Part shown: piece after piece, positions 34,489 to 42,782 of the stretch
Numbering within the stretch: position 1 is the stretch's first letter
How the letters are laid out: each line of letters starts with the position of its first letter
Assembly: GCA_045805825.1 (NCBI GenBank)
Contig: JBJMKM010000099.1
Coordinates: 882-64,881 of the forward strand
Direction of reading: 5' to 3'
DNA length: 64,000 bases
From: Solirubrobacterales bacterium
Lineage (GTDB): Bacteria > Actinomycetota > Thermoleophilia > Solirubrobacterales > 70-9
The notes under the pieces: model-generated
The model's database searches: none
Told to the model about the DNA's origin: nothing
The model's input: only the letters and a program-made list of their open reading frames with translations
Translations under genes and position numbers: made by a program

Positions 34489-35726
34489 CAGGCGCTTCTT
34501 GGGATCAGCCCCACCGGCAGCGACTTCAGCTGGTTGACGAACGGCGACTCGGTGTGCTCCGGCTTCCCGGCCAGCTCCATCTCGGGAAAGCGCGCAAGCG
34601 TCTGCTCGAACAGGATCCGCAGCTCCAACCGGGCGAGTGCCGTGCCCAGGCAGAAGTGCCGGCCCCCCGCCCCGAACGCCTGGTGCTCGGGATTCCGCTC
34701 GACCTCGAACCGGTCCGGATCCTCGTATCGCGTCTCGTCGCGGTTCGACGACACGTACCACATGACGACCTTGTCGCCCTCGTGGATGGTCTCGCCGTTG
34801 AGCTCGACGTCGTGGGTCGCGGTGCGGCGGAAGTGGGCAAAGGCCGGGAACATCCGCAGCGACTCCTCGACCGCGCTCGGGATGAGCGACGGGTCGTCGA
34901 GCAGCTTCTGGCGCTCCTCGGGATTCTCGAGCAGCGCCCGCATGCCGCTCGCGTAGGTCGCCCTCGTGCTGTCGTTGCCTGCGGCGACCAGGAGGAAGAA
35001 CCCCATCACGATCTCGTGCTCTTCGAGCTTCTGCCCGTCCACTTCGCCGTGCACGAGGATGCTGGTGAGATCGTCGGTCGGGTTCTCACGCCGCTCGGCG
35101 ATCAGCTGGCTGACGCGCTCGAAGATCTCCGGGACGTCCCGCTGCATAACCGACGCGACGTCCGGATTGACGTCCGGGTCTCCAGCGCCGAGAACGCTGT
35201 TCATCAGCCGCGCCCAGTCCTCGTCGTCCTCCGGCGGTACCCCCATGAAGCTGTGGATGACCCGCGAGACCACCGGCTGTGCGACGTCGGTGACGAGATC
35301 GCAGCTCTCACGTCCGTCAAGTCGGTCCATCACGTCCGCCGTGATCTGGCGGATCCGATCCTCGTGCTCGGCGATCCGCTTGGGCGTGAAGCCGCGCTGG
35401 AAGAGCATCTTCAGCCGGTCGTGCTTCGGCGGGTCCATACCGATGAACATCGCCTGGATCAGCTCGACGGGCATGATCGCGTTCGTGAGCGCGGTGATGC
35501 CGTGCGCCGACGAATAGGTCTGCCAGTCGTGGCTTACCTCGTGGATGTCACCGGCCGTGGTCAGCGACCAGAAGCCGTCCTCCTCGGGGTACTCGGTGAT
35601 GCGGTCGGACCAGTGCACCGGGCACTCGGAGCGCATGCGCTTGAAGAGCTCGTGCGGCGGCCCGTCGGCCCAGCGCTCGCGATCGCCGACGAGGACGTCG
35701 TCGAGCTTCTCCCGCTTCCCCTCCAT
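34488..35726 (-). CDS. Cytochrome P450
   Basis: Heme-binding loop FGAGGRHFCLGTALA, EXXR (ESLR), I-helix LLVAAGNDST; 412 aa. Confidence 0.9.
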   Translation of the reverse strand: MEGKREKLDDVLVGDRERWADGPPHELFKRMRSECPVHWSDRITEYPEEDGFWSLTTAGDIHEVSHDWQTYSSAHGITALTNAIMPVELIQAMFIGMDPPKHDRLKMLFQRGFTPKRIAEHEDRIRQITADVMDRLDGRESCDLVTDVAQPVVSRVIHSFMGVPPEDDEDWARLMNSVLGAGDPDVNPDVASVMQRDVPEIFERVSQLIAERRENPTDDLTSILVHGEVDGQKLEEHEIVMGFFLLVAAGNDSTRATYASGMRALLENPEERQKLLDDPSLIPSAVEESLRMFPAFAHFRRTATHDVELNGETIHEGDKVVMWYVSSNRDETRYEDPDRFEVERNPEHQAFGAGGRHFCLGTALARLELRILFEQTLARFPEMELAGKPEHTESPFVNQLKSLPVGLIPRSA

Positions 35727-35791
35727 GGACGCTTCGAGCCTACCTGCTGGAACAACCGTCGCAAAATTCAGAGGTCAGGAGCGCGGGCGCC

Positions 35792-37042
35792 TCAGCCGCC
35801 GCGTTGTCGCAGAACGACGAGACCCCAGCCATCGCACGCGATGGCGATGTCGGTGCGGCCGTCTCCTGAGACGTCGCCAAGTGCGAGCGCATCCGGTGAC
35901 GATGTACAGCTCGGGATGGCGAGTAGGCGCTCACTTGACAATCGGCCGCTTCGACGCTGCATGTAGATCCCCACCCGCAACCAGTCACTGTGGAGCACAG
36001 CCACATCCTTTAACCGGTCGCTGTTGATCCTGCCGGCCTCCGCCGCTCCAGGAGCCTCGTACGAGGGATATCTGTGAGGCCTGCGGCGGAATCCCCGGCG
36101 AAGCTGTGGAAAGACTCCAACGGCGTCGTGGCCGTTGAAGGAGGATGCGTATATGACATCCGCCCGATGATCACCCGTGACGTCAGCTGCTTCTATACCC
36201 GACTCCCTGGGAGGCAGCTTGCGTGTTCTCCACGACGAGCCGCCGCCGTTCATAAAGATTCGGATCCGCGAGTAGAAGACGCCGCTTGCGACGTCGGGGC
36301 TGTCGTCGCGATTCAGATCGGCGACCTCGATCTCACCTGCAGGGTTCGTCGCGATACGGCTCTGGACGAACCCGTTCTTTGTGTGACGCAAAAGGTCGAT
36401 TCCGCCCGGATGAGTCGAGATCCGATGATCGATGACGATGTCGTTACGACCGTCGCCGTCTACATCGGTGATTGCGGGCTGGATGCCTCCAATGGGCCAG
36501 TCCGCCTGCAACGGGGTGCCGTTCGACCTGCGCATTCTCAGTCGAGACGGACCTCTTAGATCTCCCCGCCGCTGGTAATAGACGTTGATGCCCCTTCCCA
36601 TGGCGACGACGACGTCGGTCCTTCCATCGCCTTCCAGATCTCCTGTGTCCAAGCCCCCCTCGCAGAAGTAGCCGCCGCTTCCGCCGAACGTGGGAAACCG
36701 CTCAGGACTGGAGAGGGTGCCGTCCTGCCGCTGTCGGAATAGAAAGAGCCTGAAGTCGTTGGGCGGGTCATCGAGCGAAGTGGTCGTAACCAGGACGTCC
36801 TTGCGTCCGTCCCCGGTGACATCCGCGACAGCGGCCGCCGCCGGCTCGGAGCCGGTCGGATAGACGCGATAGCGACCGAAATCGGCGCGGGCCGGCGACG
36901 CGTTCGGAACCGCCAGTGAAACTCCGACCACGGCAACCGCCGCAGCCAGGACGGCCCAACGGCTTCGCGTACGATCGACGGAGTGACCGAATCCACCCTT
37001 ACGGATGACCAAAAGGTCCTCCTCTCCGCCCCACCGATCCAA
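35792..37042 (-). CDS. Secreted FG-GAP/VCBS repeat protein (integrin-alpha-like propeller)
   Basis: Seven D.(T/N/S)GDGR.D(V/I)-type calcium-loop repeats (ADVTGDGRKDVLV, GDLEGDGRTDVVV, TDVDGDGRNDIVI, ...). Signal-like WAVLAAAVAVVGVSLAVPNASPARA. Start uncertain (TTG 37042). Confidence 0.75.
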   Translation of the reverse strand: MDRWGGEEDLLVIRKGGFGHSVDRTRSRWAVLAAAVAVVGVSLAVPNASPARADFGRYRVYPTGSEPAAAAVADVTGDGRKDVLVTTTSLDDPPNDFRLFLFRQRQDGTLSSPERFPTFGGSGGYFCEGGLDTGDLEGDGRTDVVVAMGRGINVYYQRRGDLRGPSRLRMRRSNGTPLQADWPIGGIQPAITDVDGDGRNDIVIDHRISTHPGGIDLLRHTKNGFVQSRIATNPAGEIEVADLNRDDSPDVASGVFYSRIRIFMNGGGSSWRTRKLPPRESGIEAADVTGDHRADVIYASSFNGHDAVGVFPQLRRGFRRRPHRYPSYEAPGAAEAGRINSDRLKDVAVLHSDWLRVGIYMQRRSGRLSSERLLAIPSCTSSPDALALGDVSGDGRTDIAIACDGWGLVVLRQRGG

Positions 37043-37137
37043 GCTATCGCCGCGTCAGTCATGGCGCAAGCCGTAACCGCCGCCACTGATTGCGGGATCG
37101 CCTGTCAGATCGAGTGACACTCCTGGAGCGATAGCGC

Positions 37138-37512
37138 GTGCGCTACCTAGTCGACGGGATGAACGTCATCGGGACCCGGCCCGACAACTGGTGGAAGGAT
37201 CGCCACGCGGCGATGGTGCGGCTCGTCGACATGCTGGAGCGCTGGGTTGCGGCCGGCGGCGATGACGTCACCGTCGTCTTCGAGCAGCCGCCGCGCCCAC
37301 CGATCCGCTCGACCGTGATCGAGGTCGCACATGCGCCCCGGCCGCGGCCGAACTCCGCCGACGACGAGATTGCCCGCCGGCTCGAGGCCGACGAGGACCC
37401 CGGGAAGATCCGTGTAGTGACATCGGACCGCTGGCTCGCCGACCGCGCCCGCCTCACCGGCGCGACCGTCGAGCCGGCCGAGTCCTTTCGGCGCCGGATC
37501 GAGGGTGACTGA
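37138..37512 (+). CDS. NYN/YacP-like (PIN-related) small ribonuclease-fold protein
   Basis: GTG start preceded by GGAGCG. VRYLVDGMNVIG...VTVVFE...SADDEIARRL......IRVVTSDR resembles the YacP/Rae1 NYN family. Confidence 0.6.
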   Translation: MRYLVDGMNVIGTRPDNWWKDRHAAMVRLVDMLERWVAAGGDDVTVVFEQPPRPPIRSTVIEVAHAPRPRPNSADDEIARRLEADEDPGKIRVVTSDRWLADRARLTGATVEPAESFRRRIEGD

Positions 37513-37566
37513 CTAAGCGTCCAAACGGGGACAGGTCGCCGCCATGTCCGGTCTTACACTTGCCGA

Positions 37567-40500
37567 ATGCCGGCCTGTGCCCGGTGCGGGGAGTCGAACG
37601 GAGGCGACGCAGCATTCTGCGGGCGTTGCGGCGCCCGCCTGACTCCCGACCCCGCTCCCGCGAGGGCCCGCAAGGTCGTGACCGTTCTCTTCTCCGACGT
37701 GAGCGGTTTCACCGCACTGGGCGAGCGCCTCGATCCGGAGTCCCTCCAGCAGCTGATGAGTCGCTGGTTCGGCGAGACGCGCCGGATCATCGATCACCAC
37801 GCCGGGACCGTCGAGAAGTACATGGGCGACGCGGTCATGGCGGTGTTCGGGGTGCCCGTGGTGCACGAGGACGACGCCGTGCGCGCGGCTCGGGCCGCGC
37901 TGGAGATGCACGAAACGCTCGGCGGCCTGAACGACGAGCTCGAGGCGCGCTGGGGCGTGCGCCTGGAGATCCACACCGGCCTGAACACCGGCGAGGTCGT
38001 GGTGGGAACCGCGCCGGGGGGCGATCTCTCGACCGTTGGCGACGTCGTGAATGTCGCTCAGCGCCTGGAGGGCGCCGCTCCCCCGGGTGAGGTGCTCGTC
38101 GGAGACGACACCGCGCGACATCTGGGCGAGCTCGCCGAGCTTCAGCCGGTGGACCCGCTGACCCTCAAGGGAAAGGCGCTACCGGTCTCGGCCTGCCGGC
38201 TTCGGTCCGTGCGCTCGGAGCGAGCGGCGGGCCCCACCCGCCCCAGCCCACCGTTCGTCGGACGGGATCGTGAACTCGAATCTCTGCGCCGGGCATTCGA
38301 CGAGGTGGTGGCCGCTCGGCAGGCTCGCCTGGTGACCGTCGTCGGTCCGGCCGGAATCGGCAAGTCGCGGCTCGTGGGGGCGCTGCTGGACCACGTGCGC
38401 GGACAGGCGACTGCGGCGGTCGGTCGATGCCTGCCGTACGGCGATGGAATCACGTACTGGCCGGTCGCCGAGATCGTCAGGGAGCTCGCGGGTGCGCCTA
38501 CAGAGCCCGCGGTCGCGAGCCTCATCGGCGGGAGCTCACCGGACGAGGAATCGGAGCTCATCGCGGCACGGATCGCCCGCGCGGCCGGGTTCGCCCGCGG
38601 CACCGTCTCGGTCGAGGAGGCGCAGTGGGCGCTGCGAAAGCTGATGGAGCGAACTGCGCAAGACCGCCCCCTCGTCATCGCCTTCGAGGACATCCACTGG
38701 GCGGAGCGGAGCATGCTCGACCTGATCGACCACGTTGCGGCCGGATCAGCCCAGGTGCCGTTACTGGTCGTCTGCCTGGCGCGCCCGGAGCTGTTCGAGG
38801 CGCACCCGGACTGGCCTGCCACGACCGCAGTGGGGGCCGGGAGGATCGACCTCGACCCGCTCTCCCAGACCGATGCCAACCTCCTCTTCGAGGGCGTCGC
38901 TGAGGGATCCGATCTAACGAGAGAGGAACGCGACCGGGTCCTGGCCGCAGCGGAGGGCAACCCGTTCTTCCTTCAGCAGATGGTGGCGATGCGATCGGAG
39001 CTGGGAGCCGCGGCGGACGCCATCCCACCGACGATCCAGGCAGTCCTGACCTCCCGAATCGACCGGCTTCCAGAGACCGACCGTGCAGTGCTCGAGGCGG
39101 CGGCCATCGAGGGACGCAGCTTCCATCGCGGCGCAGCCGCGGAGCTGGTGGCGCCGCGTTATCGCGGCGCCCTGGACGCGGCGCTCGGATCGCTCGTCGA
39201 CCGCGGGCTGATCAGCCCGGGGCGCTCGGAGTTCACGAATGAATCCGGGTACCGGTTTGATCACATCCTCATCCGAGACGCGACGTACAACCTGATCCCG
39301 AAGCGGGTACGGGCGGAGCTTCACGAGCGCCATGCCACCTGGCTCGAGCAGCGTTCCGATTACGAGCTGGGGGAGCACCGGGAGGTCATCGGATATCACC
39401 TCGAGCAGGCGCTGCGGTGCCGTTTGGAGCTCGAGCCGGCGGCACGTGAGCGACATCGCGACCTCGCGGCACGCGGCGCCGATCACCTGGGAGCCGCCGG
39501 CCAGGCAGCGCTGGCCCGCGACGACATGCACGCGGCGGTGAACCTCTTGGAGCGTGCCACGGCGCTGCTGCCCGACGACGATCGATTCCGAGGATCGCTG
39601 CTACCCGAGCTGGGCTCGGCGCTGACGGAGTGCGGGCGGCTGGCAGAGGCCGAGCGGGTGCTCGATGCCGCCGTCGACGCGGCGACAGGCCGGGATGACG
39701 TGCTCGCGCTGGCGCACGCCACCGTTGCGCGCGTGTTCGTGCGCCTGCAGGTGAGTACCGAGGACGGCACCCGGGAGGTGAGGGAGCAATTCGAGCCGCT
39801 GCTCGAGACGTTCGCGGCGGCTGGTGACGACCTCGGCCTGGCCCGCCTGTGGCACCTGCGCGGCCTCGTCCACTGGATCGAGGCGCAATCCGCGAATGCC
39901 GACGCTGCATGGGAGCACGCGGTCGAGCATTTCCGCCGCGCCGGAGACGAGCGCGGATGGTCGGACGCACTGAGTTGGCTCGCGTCGTCCGCATACACGG
40001 GGCCGATGCACGTGGATGCCGCGATCGAGCGCTGCGAGAGGATCCGGTCGCAGCTCGGCGGCTACCGTCGAGCACAGGCCCTCGTCCTGGACCATCTCGC
40101 CGCGATCCAGGCGATGCGGGGCGACGTTACGGCGGCGCGACGGTTGATCCTCGACAGCAAGGCGATCCTGTCGGAGCTTGGAATCTCGATGCATACCGCC
40201 GTCTCCCACGACGAGGCGTTCGTGGCGCTTGCGGCAGGCGATGCCGCGGGTGCCGAGGCAACGCTACGCACGGGATACGACCGCCTGGTGGAGATGGGCG
40301 AAAAGGCGCTACTCGCCGATACCGCGGCGATGCTCGCACAGGTGATGTGCCAGCAGGACCGGGCCGACGAGGCATGGGAGTTCACGCGTGAGGCCGAGGA
40401 CGCAGCGTCCGAGGACGATCTATCGGCACAAGTCGTCTGGCGGGGCGTTCGAGGGCGCCTGCTGGCGAGGGCGGGTCGCATCGCCGAGGCCAAGCGCCTC

Positions 40501-40713
40501 AGCGGGCATGCGGTTGAGCTGGCGGCGCGCACTGACTGGCTGACGGATCACGCGGACGCGCTCATCGCCCACGCCGAGGTCCTCGGGCTGGCCGGTGAGA
40601 CGGAGGAGGCCGCCGACACCATCCAAAAGGCAATCGCACTTTACGAGCGCAAGGGGAACGCGGTGGGGATGCGTCGCGCCAAGTCACTGCTCGCGGCTCA
40701 GGTCCCGGCGTAG
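37567..40713 (+). CDS. Zinc-ribbon / class III nucleotide cyclase / STAND AAA ATPase / TPR multidomain protein
   Basis: CARCGESNGGDAAFCGRCGARL. Cyclase core VVTVLFSDVSGFTALGERL...GTVEKYMGDAVMAVFG. Walker A VVGPAGIGKSRLV after FVGRDRELESL. Long helical-repeat C-terminus. No LuxR HTH at the end. Confidence 0.85.
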   Translation: MPACARCGESNGGDAAFCGRCGARLTPDPAPARARKVVTVLFSDVSGFTALGERLDPESLQQLMSRWFGETRRIIDHHAGTVEKYMGDAVMAVFGVPVVHEDDAVRAARAALEMHETLGGLNDELEARWGVRLEIHTGLNTGEVVVGTAPGGDLSTVGDVVNVAQRLEGAAPPGEVLVGDDTARHLGELAELQPVDPLTLKGKALPVSACRLRSVRSERAAGPTRPSPPFVGRDRELESLRRAFDEVVAARQARLVTVVGPAGIGKSRLVGALLDHVRGQATAAVGRCLPYGDGITYWPVAEIVRELAGAPTEPAVASLIGGSSPDEESELIAARIARAAGFARGTVSVEEAQWALRKLMERTAQDRPLVIAFEDIHWAERSMLDLIDHVAAGSAQVPLLVVCLARPELFEAHPDWPATTAVGAGRIDLDPLSQTDANLLFEGVAEGSDLTREERDRVLAAAEGNPFFLQQMVAMRSELGAAADAIPPTIQAVLTSRIDRLPETDRAVLEAAAIEGRSFHRGAAAELVAPRYRGALDAALGSLVDRGLISPGRSEFTNESGYRFDHILIRDATYNLIPKRVRAELHERHATWLEQRSDYELGEHREVIGYHLEQALRCRLELEPAARERHRDLAARGADHLGAAGQAALARDDMHAAVNLLERATALLPDDDRFRGSLLPELGSALTECGRLAEAERVLDAAVDAATGRDDVLALAHATVARVFVRLQVSTEDGTREVREQFEPLLETFAAAGDDLGLARLWHLRGLVHWIEAQSANADAAWEHAVEHFRRAGDERGWSDALSWLASSAYTGPMHVDAAIERCERIRSQLGGYRRAQALVLDHLAAIQAMRGDVTAARRLILDSKAILSELGISMHTAVSHDEAFVALAAGDAAGAEATLRTGYDRLVEMGEKALLADTAAMLAQVMCQQDRADEAWEFTREAEDAASEDDLSAQVVWRGVRGRLLARAGRIAEAKRLSGHAVELAARTDWLTDHADALIAHAEVLGLAGETEEAADTIQKAIALYERKGNAVGMRRAKSLLAAQVPA

Positions 40714-40717
40714 CGCC

Positions 40718-42298
40718 CTAGCCGAGCGGGGCCAACAGGCTCTTCTTGTTCTCGAATGCGAAGAGCAGCAGATCAACCATCCGGAACATGTGGTTGTTCG
40801 GGCCGAGCGTCGGGCGCCAGGCGGCGTCGTTGAGGATCGAGAACTGGCTTCCCTCCATCGCGCGGTGAAAGGTCTCCGCGACGATGCGCGCCCCCACCCC
40901 CTTTAGCCTGCCCGCGTTGAACTCCGCCTCTCGCAGGATGTAGAACCACAGCGGGGTGTTCCGGACGAGTGCCTGTCGCTGCGTCTTGGTCAGTCCCCCG
41001 AGATCGATGCCGTTCCGGCCCTCGCGGATCTGGGCGGCCGTGAGCTTCGTCAGGTTGACGCCCTTGCTCCTCAGGAAGGCGGCCATCTGCTGCCCGGTGG
41101 CCAGCGTCACCATGTTCGCGCGGGCCAGGTTGCGGAATGCGAGGTTCCGCTCCGGGTCGTTGAACGGCATGGATGCGGGGCCCCCGATCGCGTGCGGCGG
41201 AAGATGTCTCAACGGGTCGACGATTGACGTGTCGATTCGCATCGCCCGGTTGAACTTGTTCGCGGGAACCTCGAGGTTGGGCTTGTTGGCCTCACCGAAG
41301 TCATAGAGGCGGCGAAAGTCCGCGATCCAGGTGCTGATGAGGCGCGTCTCGCCGCCCAGGTCTCCGCCCAGCGCCGAGAAGGCGAACAGGTAGTCGAGCG
41401 TTCCCGTGCCGTCGTCGAACGCCTTGTTCCAGCTGTACCCCGCGCGGACCATCGAGTGGCCGAGTCGGAACGCGCCCACCGAGAACTCGATCGGCATGGT
41501 CGGGACGTCCGTTGCCGGCACGCCCACCTCGAAAGCCTTGCGGCCGTTGTTGAAGACGTCGTTGACGACTCCCTCGGCGCAGATTCGCGGCAGGTAGTCC
41601 GTCCTCAGCATCCATTGGTAGTGCTTGGTCACGAGCTCGCGCGCCTTGACGAACCGCTGGCTCTGCGGGACAGCGGCCGGCAGGTTGTCGACGACGCGGT
41701 TGTGGAAGCGGATCATCGCGCAGTGCGTCTGGGCGACCGCGAGGTTTTCGTCGTTTCGAGGATCCGGGATGATCGCCGTGCGCTTTTGGGCGGTGGTGTT
41801 GCCTGCGCCGCGCGGCAGGTCGAAACCGTCCATCGCCGCGAAACCGCCGGCTGCCTTCGACCTTCCCGTCTTCAGGTGGACGCCGTCGGGCTCATAGAAC
41901 TGGGCGGAACCGGGATCACCCGGGCCGGCGCCGTAGAGCGAATCGAGGTCGAGGCTTGGTGAGCGTGCCTGGATGAGCTGCGACGGCGCGACGTGATCGC
42001 CGAGCACGACGCTGGTCTTGTCAAATGTGAGGTCGTGGTCGACGAATTGGCCCAGATAGGTGAAGCCCGCTGGGATCTGACCCTGTCCTCCCGTCCCCGC
42101 TGCCATCAGGCTGCCGAGCTTCTTGCGGATCGCCGCGGAGAGCTGTCGGCCTGTCCCCTTCGGCCCGAGCCGCGAGAAGCGAAATGGCGGGGTTACCGCC
42201 TCAACATCCGGCGCCAGCGTCCGCGGGCGACCGCCGGCGGTCTCCCCAAGTAAGCCCTCCCCGAGAACGAAGAAGCTCTCAGAACCGTGCGTTCCCAT
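40718..42298 (-). CDS. Animal-type heme peroxidase / cyclooxygenase superfamily protein
   Basis: Distal-His motif YLGQFVDHDLTFD, DPRNDENL, IRFHNRVV, proximal-His motif FRLGHSMV. Good RBS (AGGAGGGG). No signal peptide. Confidence 0.85.
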   Translation of the reverse strand: MGTHGSESFFVLGEGLLGETAGGRPRTLAPDVEAVTPPFRFSRLGPKGTGRQLSAAIRKKLGSLMAAGTGGQGQIPAGFTYLGQFVDHDLTFDKTSVVLGDHVAPSQLIQARSPSLDLDSLYGAGPGDPGSAQFYEPDGVHLKTGRSKAAGGFAAMDGFDLPRGAGNTTAQKRTAIIPDPRNDENLAVAQTHCAMIRFHNRVVDNLPAAVPQSQRFVKARELVTKHYQWMLRTDYLPRICAEGVVNDVFNNGRKAFEVGVPATDVPTMPIEFSVGAFRLGHSMVRAGYSWNKAFDDGTGTLDYLFAFSALGGDLGGETRLISTWIADFRRLYDFGEANKPNLEVPANKFNRAMRIDTSIVDPLRHLPPHAIGGPASMPFNDPERNLAFRNLARANMVTLATGQQMAAFLRSKGVNLTKLTAAQIREGRNGIDLGGLTKTQRQALVRNTPLWFYILREAEFNAGRLKGVGARIVAETFHRAMEGSQFSILNDAAWRPTLGPNNHMFRMVDLLLFAFENKKSLLAPLG

Positions 42299-42362
42299 GG
42301 CTATCCCCTCCTATTTGCCCGATCCGTTTTGCGGGTCGCGGGCGCCCGTCACTGCGTGCGCG

Positions 42363-42677
42363 CTAATTCTTCAGCTCGACCTCCTGGCTCCAGAGGAAGA
42401 CGCTGACGTCGTCGCCCATCGCGCAGATGATGCCAATCGCATTTGCCGGGCCGGGCTTGAACCCGCTGGCATAACCGGAGTCGATGTCGAGCGTCCAGTT
42501 TTTCCGCGGCTTCTTGAACTCGTCGGGCGAGGTCGCCATCCCGGCGACATTGTGTTGCTTTTGCGAGATCGAAACCGATACGAGCGACTCTCTCTCCCCC
42601 TGATCCCACTCCAGTCTCCCGCGAGCACGAACAGCGCCGTTGACGATCTTGAGTGCTGACTCGAAGTTGGATCGCAT
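42363..42677 (-). CDS. Small hypothetical protein (104 aa), first gene of the peroxidase operon
   Basis: ATG 42677 preceded by GGGGAAGGGTGG. No motif recognised. My hand count gives about 60% GC, below the window average. Confidence 0.5.
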   Translation of the reverse strand: MRSNFESALKIVNGAVRARGRLEWDQGERESLVSVSISQKQHNVAGMATSPDEFKKPRKNWTLDIDSGYASGFKPGPANAIGIICAMGDDVSVFLWSQEVELKN

Positions 42678-42782
42678 GTTCCACCCTTCCCCTTTGACGA
42701 TGCGGCCTGCTGACGACGACACACTAACCCCCCACCGTCCAACCAGCGCGCTGCGGACGGCCGCCGCCTAGATTTGTGGTTG

